From Minisyncoccia bacterium (lineage in GTDB: Bacteria; Patescibacteriota; Minisyncoccia; 2-02-FULL-40-12; IGHO2-01-FULL-4-A), in NCBI GenBank assembly GCA_050015375.1, contig JBEKBN010000004.1, positions 15,188-79,187 on the forward strand: a stretch of 64,000 nt of DNA, read 5' to 3'. Below the pieces are notes generated by a model. The model worked only from the letters and a program-made list of their open reading frames with translations, did no database searches and had not been told where the DNA came from. The position numbers were made by a program, and so were the translations under genes. Of the stretch, positions 44,091 through 54,449 are shown in pieces. Each line of letters opens with the position of its first letter. Position 1 is the first letter of the stretch.

Positions 44091-45580
44091 TCTGGTCTAA
44101 TTTTCTTCATATCTATCAGCCGGCCGAACAACAGCCGGATATTTTGGAAGCGGTCGCGGTCCAATCCTATCGGCCGATATTAGGAGGCGTTCTCAAAGAC
44201 AAATCCATTCGTCTGACTTTTAATATCACCGGTTCGCTTCTTGAACTTTTTGATAAATACGGCTATCGCGACCTCTTAGATATATTAAGAGCGTTGAGCG
44301 TCGAAGGCCGGGTGGAATTCACCGGCTCGGCGAAATATCACGCCCTGCTTCCTTTTTTGAAAGAAGAAGAGATCGTCCGGCAGATCAACATCAACAACGA
44401 AGCCGGGAAATTTTATCTGGGCAATACTTTCAATCCCAAAGGTTTTTTTCCGCCGGAAATGGCATACAAGGAAGGTTTGGCGCCGATAATCGAAAGTTTA
44501 GGTTTTGAGTGGATGATCTTGGACGAGATCGCTTTTTGCGGCGAACCCGGAAAAGTCGACTTCACCAAAAAATACAAGATCAAGGATTCCAACTTGAATG
44601 TTTTTTTCCGTGATAGGCGTTTGAGCAATTTGATAATGAGCGCTATTGTCCGTTCGGGCGATTCACTGGCCGAAGTGATCAAAGACGATATTAATTCGGG
44701 CCGTTATGTGGTGACGGCCATGGACGGCGAGACCTTTGGCCATCACCGGCCGGGCTTGGACAAAGCGTTCTTTGAATTTTTCAAAGTCAAGGGAGTTGAC
44801 TGGTTAACGATCTCCGAATTGAGTGAAAAATTGACTGGCGCGGTTGAAATCGAACCGGTGACTTCGACCTGGGCCTCCAGCTCCGAAGACATAAAAAAAG
44901 GCATCCAGTTTTTGTCGTGGGACGACCCTGAAAACGAAATTCACCGCTGGCAATGGGAGCTCGTCAATCTGGCATTGAGGATCGTGGACAGCACCGACAA
45001 AAGAAGCGGAAATTATCCGGTTCTCCGGGCGAAGATGGATCGGGCTTTGGCCAGCGACCATTTCTGGTGGGCATCGGCCAAACCATGGTGGAGCTTGGAA
45101 ATGATCGAAAGCGGCGCTTATTGCAATTTGGACATCGTCCGATCGGCGGAAAATACTTCAGTCGATGATCTGGAGAAAGCCAGGACCCTTTATGAAAAAA
45201 TTGTTTCTACCGCTTTCCAGTGGAAAAGAAGCGGGAAGATCTACGAGATGATGAATGAACGAAAAAATATTTTGCGGATCCCGTTCAAAGAACGGACCTT
45301 TGAAAAGGGCGGGAAAGAGAGGGGGGTTTACGAAGCATTTCTGGCGATGTTCAAAGATCTTGAGAAAGAAGCCGCCCAAAACGGCGAGTATGAAAAAGCC
45401 ATTCTTTGGCGGGATGCAGTTTACAAATTGGAGAATAAGTCGGATATTTATGACACTATTCACGCCATTGAACTTCTCCGGCTCCACATTCCCCACGATG
45501 TCGTGGAAAAAACCCTGGATAAATATACGGCGAAATATGATGAGATCCGAGGTGGTCAACCCGAGCAAAGGGGTGCCTGA
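44087..45580 (+). CDS. Glycoside hydrolase family 57 protein (GH57-type branching enzyme or amylase/glucanotransferase)
   Basis: HIYQP (the HQP motif), DGETFGHH (the DGE nucleophile region) and downstream GH57 helices are present. Its ATG overlaps the glgA stop (ATGA). Confidence 0.75.
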   Translation: MIWSNFLHIYQPAEQQPDILEAVAVQSYRPILGGVLKDKSIRLTFNITGSLLELFDKYGYRDLLDILRALSVEGRVEFTGSAKYHALLPFLKEEEIVRQININNEAGKFYLGNTFNPKGFFPPEMAYKEGLAPIIESLGFEWMILDEIAFCGEPGKVDFTKKYKIKDSNLNVFFRDRRLSNLIMSAIVRSGDSLAEVIKDDINSGRYVVTAMDGETFGHHRPGLDKAFFEFFKVKGVDWLTISELSEKLTGAVEIEPVTSTWASSSEDIKKGIQFLSWDDPENEIHRWQWELVNLALRIVDSTDKRSGNYPVLRAKMDRALASDHFWWASAKPWWSLEMIESGAYCNLDIVRSAENTSVDDLEKARTLYEKIVSTAFQWKRSGKIYEMMNERKNILRIPFKERTFEKGGKERGVYEAFLAMFKDLEKEAAQNGEYEKAILWRDAVYKLENKSDIYDTIHAIELLRLHIPHDVVEKTLDKYTAKYDEIRGGQPEQRGA

Positions 45581-45605
45581 CACTTTTATTATTTTGTAGT
45601 ATAGT

Positions 45606-46568
45606 ATGAATATGGAAAACAATTTGAACCAAAAAAGTTCGGCCCGAGATATTTTTCTGCATCTTTTGCACACGGTCATGCTCATCGTCAGCGTCATCGG
45701 CTTGCTGACGCTCCTCTTTGGTTATTTTGACGTTTTATTTCCGGATCAATTGAACTTTTATCTCTCTGATTATCTCGACCAGATCCGTTTGGCGACTTCA
45801 GTACTGGTTATCGTTTTTCCGGTTTACATTCTTATCTCATGGATTTTAGGGCGTGATTACAAAAAAGACCCGGCAAAAAGAGGCATCCGCGCCCGGCGGG
45901 TCTTTGGTTATATTACACTTTTCGCAGCAGCCATAACGGTCATCGTCGACCTGGTAACACTGATCTACAGATTTTATAGCGGTGATTATTCAGTCCAGTT
46001 TTTAATGAAAATATTGTCGGTGCTCATTGTGGCTGCGGTTGTATTCGGCTATTATCTCTGGGATATTCGCCGGGAATATGTTCAGTCGAAAAAACCGAAG
46101 CTTTATGCGTGGATCAGCTCGGCCATAATACTGACCGTAGTCATTGGTGGATTTTTTGTCGTCGGTTCGCCGGCAACCCAGCGCGACCGGAGGTTTGATG
46201 AGACCCGTATCAACGATCTTCAAACAATTCAGAACCAAGTCATCAGTTATTGGCAAAGTAAAAATAAATTGCCAGCAACACTTGACGATTTGAAAAATAG
46301 CATTAGCGGATTTGTGGCGCCGACCGATCCGCAAACTGGCGCTAGCTATGAATATATCATTTCAGGACCATTGGTGTTTCAGCTTTGCGCTGATTTCAAA
46401 ACGGATAGCAAATATGATAGCAAAAATCCGCCCGTGGCCGTGCCGATGAGCTATCCTTATAATGGCAACTGGGATCATGGCATTGGCAGGATTTGCTTTT
46501 CACGGACTATTGACCCGCAACTTTATAAAAATTCTACAAACGGCGCTCCTAAATTAATTACGCCATAA
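45606..46568 (+). CDS. Hypothetical membrane protein (DUF5671-like N-terminal 4-TM region plus extracytoplasmic domain)
   Basis: This is a 320-aa protein with an N-terminal multi-TM block followed by a soluble domain. Confidence 0.45.
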   Translation: MNMENNLNQKSSARDIFLHLLHTVMLIVSVIGLLTLLFGYFDVLFPDQLNFYLSDYLDQIRLATSVLVIVFPVYILISWILGRDYKKDPAKRGIRARRVFGYITLFAAAITVIVDLVTLIYRFYSGDYSVQFLMKILSVLIVAAVVFGYYLWDIRREYVQSKKPKLYAWISSAIILTVVIGGFFVVGSPATQRDRRFDETRINDLQTIQNQVISYWQSKNKLPATLDDLKNSISGFVAPTDPQTGASYEYIISGPLVFQLCADFKTDSKYDSKNPPVAVPMSYPYNGNWDHGIGRICFSRTIDPQLYKNSTNGAPKLITP

Positions 46569-46570
46569 TA

Positions 46571-47269
46571 ATGTCCAAACTCGTTTTTGATATTGAAACT
46601 ATCGGCGAAGATTTTGATTCCCTCGATGAAACCACTCAAGAAGTTTTAACGCGCTGGCTTAAAAAAGAATCTTCAAGCGAAGAAGAATACAAGGTTGAAT
46701 TGCAGGAAATAAAAGAAGGTCTTGGTTTTTCGCCCTACACCGGTTGTATCGTGGCTATCGGAGTTTTGGATGTTGAGAAAAATGTCGGCTGTGTTTATTT
46801 CCAAGATGGAAGCAAGAAATTAAAAGAAACCGAGGAAGAAGGAATTAAATTCAAGCCGATGCCGGAAAAAGAAATGCTGGCGAAATTTTGGGAAGGCGCC
46901 CAAAAATACCAACAATTCATTACCTACAATGGCCGGGCGTTTGATGTCCCGTTCATGATGGTCCGCTCGGCGGTTCATGGCGTCAGGCCGACGGTCAATC
47001 TGATGGGTTATCGCTACGACAAATTCACCAACCACATTGACCTGATGGATCAATTGACCTTTCAAGGCGCGGTCAGGAAAAAACCGAATTTGCATCTGGC
47101 TTCGCGGGCGTTTGGCATCAAAAGCCCGAAGGAAGGCGGGATTACTGGCGAAGATGTCGGACGGTTGTTTAAAGAAGGAAAATATTTTGACATCGCCAAA
47201 TACAATGTCGGCGATCTGCGGGCCACGCGCGAGCTCTATCTCATTTGGGAAAATTATTTCCGGATTTAA
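46571..47269 (+). CDS. RNase H-like 3'-5' exonuclease (DnaQ/PolB-exo-like)
   Basis: The ExoI motif VFDIETIG (DxE) is present, with downstream FDVPF and Y-x3-D-like motifs. Confidence 0.6.
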   Translation: MSKLVFDIETIGEDFDSLDETTQEVLTRWLKKESSSEEEYKVELQEIKEGLGFSPYTGCIVAIGVLDVEKNVGCVYFQDGSKKLKETEEEGIKFKPMPEKEMLAKFWEGAQKYQQFITYNGRAFDVPFMMVRSAVHGVRPTVNLMGYRYDKFTNHIDLMDQLTFQGAVRKKPNLHLASRAFGIKSPKEGGITGEDVGRLFKEGKYFDIAKYNVGDLRATRELYLIWENYFRI

Positions 47270-47278
47270 CGTTTAGCG

Positions 47279-47477
47279 CCAGCCCTTGCCTCTTCTCGCT
47301 TAGTGCTCGGCTTCGCCTCGGAACTCATTTCGGCTGGGTTTGTTACCTTGGGTTCTAAGTGACCCTCACCGTCGCGGGCTATTCAGCGACGGGTATTGAC
47401 CTAGAACCCAAGACAAATCCGCCTCAATTTCGTCCCTCGGCTCGCCTGCGCGGCCACTCGAAGAGGCAAGGGCTGGC
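47279..47477. repeat. GC-rich rod-like structured intergenic element (about 200 nt), candidate ncRNA or MITE/REP-like repeat
   Basis: The perfect 18-bp closing helix pairs gccagcccttgcctcttc (47279-47296) with gaagaggcaagggctggc (47460-47477). An internal long helix pairs ggtttgttaccttgggttctag with ctagaacccaagacaaatcc. The apical hairpin is ccgtcgc-gggctattcag-gcgacgg. Confidence 0.35.
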
Positions 47478-47659
47478 TCGGACTATTATTGAAGGTCTAC
47501 AATCTTAAGGGTGCTCAGAGAGACCGGGACTCGCAGGGATTTTGCGGAAAATCAAACCTTTCAAAGATGGTATTTAAATGTAAACGCCCCCGAGACAACA
47601 CCCGCCACATTAAATCCGATTGACGCAATGGAGAAAGTGAATAAATTTCTAAGGGATAA

Positions 47660-47917
47660 ATGACGAGGAAATTTTCTGAAAAAGTACTGAGCATCGTAGA
47701 AAATATCCCCCGCGGGAAAGTTTTGACGTATAAACAAGTCGCTCGTCTTACCGGTAATCCGAAGGCATATCAGGCGGTCGGAAATATTTTGAACAAAAAT
47801 TACGATAAAAAAATCCCGTGTCATCGGGTTGTCAGATCTGATGGAAAAGTCGGGGGATATAATCGCGGAGCAAAACTGAAATCCGCGCTTCTGAAAAAAG
47901 AGAAAGGGGACCACTGA
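47660..47917 (+). CDS. MGMT-family DNA-binding domain protein (methylated-DNA-protein-cysteine methyltransferase C-terminal domain only)
   Basis: The PCHRVV active-site motif is present with its Cys. A helix-turn-helix precedes it. There is an AAGGGA SD. The 85-aa protein has no N-terminal domain. Confidence 0.7.
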   Translation: MTRKFSEKVLSIVENIPRGKVLTYKQVARLTGNPKAYQAVGNILNKNYDKKIPCHRVVRSDGKVGGYNRGAKLKSALLKKEKGDH

Positions 47918-47942
47918 ATGGTCCCCGTAGGAAAACGACGTA

Positions 47943-48266
47943 TTAAGTATGATACCTCATCCATCGATACTTTGAATCGTCCAAATCGAGAGGAGGTACC
48001 CCTCCCGATTTGGCCGGTTTATGACTCACGGATGCGAGTGCTTGATCCGGTCCGACCGCATGCACGGGAGATTTCTGAACCTCTGGTTCTGTCATCGAAA
48101 TGCAATGAATGCGGCGAAGTTCAAGAAATAATTCCTGTCTGTCTTCAGGCGACATTTCGTGATTTTGAAGAATGTTCCTGATAGCCAGAGAAGGTTCTTT
48201 GCCTTCTTGTATTTCGTTACTAACTTCCGTACAAATCCTAAGGTCCAACTGGCCCGAAATTGGCAT
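47943..48266 (-). CDS. Hypothetical protein (107 aa)
   Basis: A GGAGGAG SD lies 4 nt before the minus-strand ATG. It is convergent with the MGMT gene across the hairpin gggacc-actgaat-ggtccc. Confidence 0.5.
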   Translation of the reverse strand: MPISGQLDLRICTEVSNEIQEGKEPSLAIRNILQNHEMSPEDRQELFLELRRIHCISMTEPEVQKSPVHAVGPDQALASVSHKPAKSGGVPPLDLDDSKYRWMRYHT

Positions 48267-48332
48267 AACTCCTCCAAGGCAATGAAAAGAACTGCTATTT
48301 GACGATAAAAGTATTATACCACGGGGCAGATA

Positions 48333-49682
48333 TTAATGCAAGCCCCGCGATTTGAGTTGTAAAAGACCATATAAAACAATGGTTTTAATGATACTGCCGA
48401 CAAAAAAACCGAGGGCGAGACCTCGAACACCCATGGTTCGGGAAAAGTAATAACCGAAAACGACAGCCAGCGCCAAACCGGCCAAACTGACAAGAACCGG
48501 CGTCAAACTATCCTTCAAAGCGTAAAAACCTCGGGCAATGGATTGGACGATACATTCGGTCGGGATAGAAGCCGCGAAAATTCCCAGAGTCGCTCCGGTC
48601 AAACCGACCGCAGTGATATTGAAAGCGCCGCCGCCTAGAAATATGGAAATCAAAAAATTACGGAGCAAATAAATAACCACCGCTGCCGGAATAGCAATGG
48701 TCAAGTTGGTCAATAAAGCGAAATTCATTTCCTTTCTGAATTCACCCTGATTTTCTACCGCTGAAAGCCGGGCCAATATCGGGAACGAAGTCAACGCCAC
48801 AGTAGCGCCGATGACATTGATGGGCATACTCTCAAAATTATGAGCGAAACCAAGAATCGCGATAGAACCGGCTCCGATAGTCGAAGCGATTATTGTGAAA
48901 CCAAGAAATGTGAATTGCTCGACCGGCTGGCCGATGACTTTTGGCAGCATCAACCGGAAAAAATTCCGGTAATCGCGAGATATTTTTATTTTCGGATGAT
49001 ATCGGAAAGGATAACTAAGTCCGATAATACGCGAGACCAAATGTAACAATGCGCCGAACAATGTCCCGATAGCAGCGCCGTAAATGCCGTAATACGGAAC
49101 CAAAAAAATTATTCCGAGAATCGTGCCCAGATTGAAAAGCGCCGCCGAAATACCATACCAAAAAAATCTCTCATGGGTGACGTTGATATTGCCAAGAGTA
49201 TTGCTGATGGAAAAGATTATCGGCGAGAGAAGAAGGAGGCGCATCAGGTTGATAAAAGTATGCCTGGCTTGATCGCCGAATCCGGGCACGACCAATCGGC
49301 TAAGAAATGGCGCGAATATGAAAACCAAAATATCGCTGACCAAAACGATCAGAAGCGAGCCGTTCAAAACTGAATTGATGAATTCTTTGGCTTCGTCGTG
49401 TTTTTTGCCGGTGGTTAGGTCGGAAAATATCGGCACAAAAGCGGCCGTTAAAGCGCCGGCGACAAAAATATTCAGGATCAGATCGGGAACGGTGAAAGCG
49501 GCATTATAGGCGTCGAGAACGCTGGAAGCGCCGAAAGTGGTTGAAAACAAATGGTCTCTCAATAAACCGAACGCGTAACTCAAAGCCGTTGTAACTGACA
49601 AAATTGCCGACCCAAAAAAGAAAGTTTTTTTTGTCAGGAATCTGTCGAATATTCGGCGGAACATATACTTTGAGAATAGCAT
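48333..49682 (-). CDS. murJ: Lipid II flippase MurJ (MviN)
   Basis: This is a 449-aa polytopic MOP-superfamily protein with MurJ-typical N-terminal conserved Arg/Asp residues and overall pattern. Confidence 0.8.
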   Translation of the reverse strand: MLFSKYMFRRIFDRFLTKKTFFFGSAILSVTTALSYAFGLLRDHLFSTTFGASSVLDAYNAAFTVPDLILNIFVAGALTAAFVPIFSDLTTGKKHDEAKEFINSVLNGSLLIVLVSDILVFIFAPFLSRLVVPGFGDQARHTFINLMRLLLLSPIIFSISNTLGNINVTHERFFWYGISAALFNLGTILGIIFLVPYYGIYGAAIGTLFGALLHLVSRIIGLSYPFRYHPKIKISRDYRNFFRLMLPKVIGQPVEQFTFLGFTIIASTIGAGSIAILGFAHNFESMPINVIGATVALTSFPILARLSAVENQGEFRKEMNFALLTNLTIAIPAAVVIYLLRNFLISIFLGGGAFNITAVGLTGATLGIFAASIPTECIVQSIARGFYALKDSLTPVLVSLAGLALAVVFGYYFSRTMGVRGLALGFFVGSIIKTIVLYGLLQLKSRGLH

Positions 49683-49733
49683 AAATTGTGGATTTATGGC
49701 TAGGATAATTTTTTCGTCTGTGATATAGTTAAA

Positions 49734-51050
49734 ATGAAAGTGAAAGTAAAATCAGGTAAAAATATTTTTATAGTCGCGGTGTTCTCGATAGCGCTGGTTT
49801 TTGCGCCGTTTTTTAGTACCCGAGCTACGAATCAGGACCAGATCGATGCGCTGAATCAGCAGATCCAACAGATACAGACCCAGATCGACGCTTATCAACA
49901 ACAGATCGACACCAACAGTGGTAAAGCGAAAACATTGTCAGCCGATATCAGCCAATTGAATACCCGGATTAGCCAGCTTCAATTGGAAATAAAAAGTTTG
50001 GGCCTTTCTATTGATCAGACCGCGGCCGAGATCGCGGCGACGTTATCGCAAATTGATATTGCCAACAAACAATTGAGCATCCAAAAAGCCGCCTTGGCCA
50101 GTTACATTCAGATCTTGAACCAGGACGATCGTGAAAATCTGGCCACTATACTTTTGAAAAACGACTCATTATCCGGATTTTTCGACAGCTTGAAAGGCGT
50201 TCAGGACATTCAGAACAAAGCTGGCGCGTCCATTGTGACCATCAAGGGTCTGGAAAATGATCTGGAAAGCAACGAGGCCGACCTTGAGGGCAAAAAAAGT
50301 GATCTGGAAGACATGCGATCCATTCAAGTGGCCCAAAACAAAAGTTTGAGTTCGGATAAATCATACGAAGACCAGCTTTTAAAAACGACCAAAGGCGAAG
50401 AAGCCAGATATCAGAAATTGGTCACGGATTCACAAACCCAGATCAACGCTATCAAACAACAGATCTATTATTTACAACAAAACGGCGTTACCGCCGAAGA
50501 AGCCATCCAATATGGCGAGGAAGCGGCTAACCGCGTCGGCATCCGGCCGGCGTTCTTGATCGGAATTCTTGAAGTCGAGTCGGGTCTGGGTAAGAATGTC
50601 GGCACCGGGAATTGGGAAGACGACATGTACAATTGTTTCAAAAAACTCGGCAAAGTCAGCCAAGCCGAAGCCCAAAAAGACGCCCTTCTGCAAATAGTCG
50701 CCCAGCTCGGCTTGAACATAGACACGGTCAAAGTTTCGGCTGAACCGAATTACGGTTGCGGCGGCGCGTTGGGACCTGCTCAATTTTTGCCGACGACCTG
50801 GCTGGGTTATGAGGACCAGGTTGCTCAGATCAGCGGCCACAATCCACCTAACCCCTGGAACATAGAGGATGCGTTCATCGCGGCGGCGGCGAAACTGTTC
50901 AATGGTGGCGCCGCCACCAGAACCACTGCCGCCGAAACCGCCGCCGCCAAAACATATTTCAGCGGCAAATCGAACTGTGCCACCGCTGCCTGCAATTCAT
51001 ACGCTCGAGCCGTACTTAACAAAGCCGCGGCTATCGAGCCCAACCTTTAA
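49734..51050 (+). CDS. Secreted coiled-coil protein with C-terminal lytic-transglycosylase (SLT/lysozyme-like) domain
   Basis: A signal/TM is followed by about 230 aa of Gln-rich coiled coil. The C-terminal ...LIGILEVESGLG... segment holds the catalytic Glu, and GPAQFLPTTW is an SLT motif. Confidence 0.6.
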   Translation: MKVKVKSGKNIFIVAVFSIALVFAPFFSTRATNQDQIDALNQQIQQIQTQIDAYQQQIDTNSGKAKTLSADISQLNTRISQLQLEIKSLGLSIDQTAAEIAATLSQIDIANKQLSIQKAALASYIQILNQDDRENLATILLKNDSLSGFFDSLKGVQDIQNKAGASIVTIKGLENDLESNEADLEGKKSDLEDMRSIQVAQNKSLSSDKSYEDQLLKTTKGEEARYQKLVTDSQTQINAIKQQIYYLQQNGVTAEEAIQYGEEAANRVGIRPAFLIGILEVESGLGKNVGTGNWEDDMYNCFKKLGKVSQAEAQKDALLQIVAQLGLNIDTVKVSAEPNYGCGGALGPAQFLPTTWLGYEDQVAQISGHNPPNPWNIEDAFIAAAAKLFNGGAATRTTAAETAAAKTYFSGKSNCATAACNSYARAVLNKAAAIEPNL

Positions 51051-51053
51051 TAC

Positions 51054-52328
51054 TTGAAAAAAAATTCGCTCAAAAATCCATTGGTTAATTTTATTTTTGT
51101 CTTGGCGGCCGGATTGCTGGTTGTCGTTGTTGGTTTTGTCCTAGCCGACAAAGCGACAAAGAGCGTGACGATAAAAATTTCGGTGTCGCCATCAACCACG
51201 GCCGCGACTCCGAAAGCAAGCCAAAGCGCCACGCCCAAACCGGTGATAAGCGTTTCTGAAAAGATCCAGGAAGGATTGGCTATGCTGAAAAAATCGGCTC
51301 CTCTGGGGTATGTATTGCAAAAAAGTTCTTCAAGCGCTTTGGTCAAAAAACAAATCGCTCTAGCTGTATTGAACATGAATACCGGCGGTGTTTTTGAAAA
51401 AAGGATTTGGGTGAACGAGGCCGACATCAAAAATTACAGCGTCAGCGGAAGTATCACGGTCACACCCGATCTAGCCGACGAATATTTGGACATCCAACCC
51501 AAGGAGTGGAACAGCTTCAACAGTTATTTTGAAATAATCGGTCATCCGGAAATGATGATCGTTGCCAATAAATATTTGTTGTTGAGCTCCAGCTTGCAAA
51601 GTTTGCCGGAAAGAACGGGCAAAACATTCACGGATATTGTCTATGTTCCCTTTTCACCGGCGCTGGAAAACAACGAAATAATTTCAGCTGGCAAGAATTA
51701 TTTGAATAAAATAGTTGACGAGGCCTTTCAAAAGTTAAGCGCTAAAAATATTGAAGCCCTGTCGAGTCCTGGAGGTTTCGTGACTTCGGTGGTGAATGAG
51801 AAATTTTTGAAAAATGTTCTATTGATCGAGCATATTGACCCGGATTCATATTCGGTAGCGGGCGATAACGGCAAGGCGCTGGCCGAAAAAACCCTGACCA
51901 TCATCGGCACAAATCAGACCCACGCCTATCGTTATACTGGCTCGCCGGCCGGCGCCAACGGCTTGGCCCAATTCATCAAATCTACCTATGATAAGATATC
52001 GTCCAATTATCCGACCGCCGGACTCAACGGCGATTATTATCTTGGCATGGCCGATCATGTCAACGCCGTTGAAGCGATGATATTGTTCTTTGATTATTAC
52101 AAGTCCGACATCCAGAAAAAAATAAATATCCCGCTTATCATCAGCGACGAAATGCTGGTGGCATCATATAACGGTGGCACGACGCCGGTCATCAAATCCA
52201 TAAACAAATACGGCGCAAATTGGCTAAGCGCCCAGGTGAATTTGCCCGATGATCAGAGAATTCTCCAACCTGAAACTATCAATTACCTCCAAAAATATAG
52301 ATCCATGACGGCGCTGAAAATATTTTAA
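51054..52328 (+). CDS. Hypothetical secreted protein, possible transglycosylase-like C-terminal region
   Basis: An N-terminal TM and a Thr/Pro/Ser linker are present. GLAQFIKSTYD resembles the SLT-domain GLMQ(I/V)MPxT motif. Confidence 0.45.
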   Translation: MKKNSLKNPLVNFIFVLAAGLLVVVVGFVLADKATKSVTIKISVSPSTTAATPKASQSATPKPVISVSEKIQEGLAMLKKSAPLGYVLQKSSSSALVKKQIALAVLNMNTGGVFEKRIWVNEADIKNYSVSGSITVTPDLADEYLDIQPKEWNSFNSYFEIIGHPEMMIVANKYLLLSSSLQSLPERTGKTFTDIVYVPFSPALENNEIISAGKNYLNKIVDEAFQKLSAKNIEALSSPGGFVTSVVNEKFLKNVLLIEHIDPDSYSVAGDNGKALAEKTLTIIGTNQTHAYRYTGSPAGANGLAQFIKSTYDKISSNYPTAGLNGDYYLGMADHVNAVEAMILFFDYYKSDIQKKINIPLIISDEMLVASYNGGTTPVIKSINKYGANWLSAQVNLPDDQRILQPETINYLQKYRSMTALKIF

Positions 52329-52351
52329 CCGGCACGCGAACGCGGGACTGA

Positions 52352-53014
52352 TCATTTGAGAGCGACCCGCAATATCAAGGCGAAAGCAATGATGAAACCG
52401 ATAATGGCAAAAGAGAGGTAAATGATCGGCCATAATCTGATGCGGGTTTTGGAAACGAGAGTGAAACGATGTTCGAAATCGTCGATGAAAGTATCGACTT
52501 TTTTGTCCAAACGCTCGGACGGAGTAACAACCGCGTTTTTGTCCGATCTTTGATCGGCAAATAATCTGATGAGATCATAGCGGCTGACGATGCCGACCAA
52601 TCTTTTGTCTTTGTCAATGACCGGGATCGGATTGACGCGGTGGTGATGGGCGAAAAGATCGGCCACTTCTTGGATCCAGGCGTCTTCCTCGACGGACAAA
52701 GGATCGGTGTTCATGATGTCGCTGACTTTCAGTGTCAATAAATTGCGAAGGTCGTCCTTGATCAAACTTTTATCTTTTTTGTAAAACCCGATATTACCCA
52801 AGATATTTATCAGTGTCGGCAAATGAACCGCGTTGCCTTGAGAGATAAGATCATATTCGGTAACGATGCCGATCAAGACGTTTTCTTTATTGACGACCGG
52901 CAGGCCGTTGAAGTTATGATCGGACAAAACCTTGGCGGCATAAACAACCGCGTCCTCTGGTTCGACGACTACAAGATTTTTGGTCATTATATCTTTGACC
53001 TTGAGATTTTCCAT
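52352..53014 (-). CDS. CBS-domain pair protein with C-terminal membrane segment
   Basis: Two tandem CBS motifs (VKDIMTKNLVVV...; VSDIMNTDPLSV...) are followed by one TM. Confidence 0.75.
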   Translation of the reverse strand: MENLKVKDIMTKNLVVVEPEDAVVYAAKVLSDHNFNGLPVVNKENVLIGIVTEYDLISQGNAVHLPTLINILGNIGFYKKDKSLIKDDLRNLLTLKVSDIMNTDPLSVEEDAWIQEVADLFAHHHRVNPIPVIDKDKRLVGIVSRYDLIRLFADQRSDKNAVVTPSERLDKKVDTFIDDFEHRFTLVSKTRIRLWPIIYLSFAIIGFIIAFALILRVALK

Positions 53015-53096
53015 CTATTACTATTTTACTTTGTATTTGTTAGTTCAACAAACAAATTGTCAACAACCGGGAAATTTTGTAGAATGTGAAATCAAG

Positions 53097-54182
53097 ATGA
53101 CCAGATCAAACATAAAAAAAACAGTCTATGTTGCTATGTCCGGAGGAGTTGACTCGTCTGTGGCAGTGGCAATTTTAAAAAAACAGAACTACAATGTAGT
53201 CGGCGTTTTCTTTAAGCCCTGGTCGCCGTCGGCGGATGTTAGTTATTGCAATTGGAAAGAGGACAGGGAGATGGCGATGCGGGTGGCATCGGTCTTGGGC
53301 ATAAAATTCAAAACCTGGGATTTCTCGAAAGAATATGGCGAAAAGGTTGTGAAATACATGATCGAATCCTACCGTGTCGGTTCAACCCCAAATCCCGACG
53401 TCATGTGTAACAAAGAAATAAAATTCGGCCTGTTTTTGAAAAAAGCGCTTTCTGAAGGGGCCGATATGATTGCTACCGGGCATTATGTACGAAAGGCAGA
53501 AATTAAAAAGCCATCAGCTATAAGCTATCGGCTATTAGCTGGTTTAGACGAAAACAAGGACCAGTCATATTTTCTCTGGGCGCTGACCCAGGAGCGATTG
53601 AAATATTGTCTATTTCCGGTGGGGGATTTAACGAAACCGGAAGTCAGAAAACTTGCAAAGAAGTTCGGTTTGCCGAATTACGACAAAAAAGACAGTCAGG
53701 GAGTTTGTTTTGTCGGTCAGCTTGATGTAAAAGAATTTTTGAAAAAATATATCAAACCGAAAACGGGGGATGTTATTTTACTTGAAACCGGAAAAGTTAT
53801 AGGCAAACACGATGGCGTCTATTATTACACCATCGGCCAAAGGCACGGACTTGATATCAAAACCGGCGGCGGCCCGTATTTTGTGGCGAAAAAGGATATT
53901 AAGAAAAATATTATTTTCGTAACCTGCGATCTGAAAAGCCAGGAATTGGCGAAAAAATATGCCGAGGTTACAAACACGAATTGGTTGAGAAATGATTTAA
54001 AAATTCCGCTTAATTGCCAAGTCAAAATCCGCTATCGAAATGTGTCCAATCCGGCAAAAATAAAAAAAGTCGGCAACAGATATTCAATTGAATTCAAAAA
54101 ACCGGTCAAGGCCATCACCCCCGGCCAGTCGGCAGTTTTCTACAAAGCCGCCGAACTCCTCGGCGGCGGGGTCATTTTATAG
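53097..54182 (+). CDS. mnmA: tRNA 2-thiouridine(34) synthase MnmA
   Basis: The PP-loop VAMSGGVDSSV is present, with catalytic Cys and a C-terminal beta barrel. The promoter is TTGTCA-17-TAGAAT at 53058-53086. The ORF track starts it earlier, at 52980. Confidence 0.9.
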   Translation: MTRSNIKKTVYVAMSGGVDSSVAVAILKKQNYNVVGVFFKPWSPSADVSYCNWKEDREMAMRVASVLGIKFKTWDFSKEYGEKVVKYMIESYRVGSTPNPDVMCNKEIKFGLFLKKALSEGADMIATGHYVRKAEIKKPSAISYRLLAGLDENKDQSYFLWALTQERLKYCLFPVGDLTKPEVRKLAKKFGLPNYDKKDSQGVCFVGQLDVKEFLKKYIKPKTGDVILLETGKVIGKHDGVYYYTIGQRHGLDIKTGGGPYFVAKKDIKKNIIFVTCDLKSQELAKKYAEVTNTNWLRNDLKIPLNCQVKIRYRNVSNPAKIKKVGNRYSIEFKKPVKAITPGQSAVFYKAAELLGGGVIL

Positions 54183-54440
54183 CTCGCCCCTCGCTTCCAA
54201 CCAGGCTCACCCTTGCCTGTTTTCCGGGACGCTCCGACTCTATGCGGCCGGCGGCCGCCTCATTGTCCCTTCACATGTTACGGGACAATCATTGAAGTCT
54301 CCGCTCATCGTCTCGCCTCGCTCGTTGTGGCATAATTTCCCACCCGCTTCGCTCTGCGGAAATTACGCCACAACCCCTTGCCCGCTCGGCTTCGATGGTG
54401 CCCTCAAAACAGGCAGGGGTTCGCAGAAAGCGAGGGGCTC
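54183..54440. repeat. GC-rich structured intergenic element (about 258 nt) directly after mnmA
   Basis: The closing helix pairs gcccctcgcttc (54186-54197) with gaagcgaggggc (54427-54438), continuing with cccttgcctgtttt paired to aaaacaggcagggg. The internal hairpins are gtccc-ttcacatgttac-gggac and gttgtggcataatttcc...ggaaattacgccacaac. It shares the short motifs cccttgcct and gctcggcttcg with element 47279-47477, and accaggctcacc with 11716-11727. Confidence 0.35.
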
Positions 54441-54449
54441 AAAAAAAGA

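Noticed and set aside
52980-53096. 39-aa N-terminal extension of mnmA
   Set aside because: The extension covers the TTGTCA-17-TAGAAT promoter, and the MnmA PP-loop begins right after the M at 53097. The track start is an artefact of taking the longest ORF.
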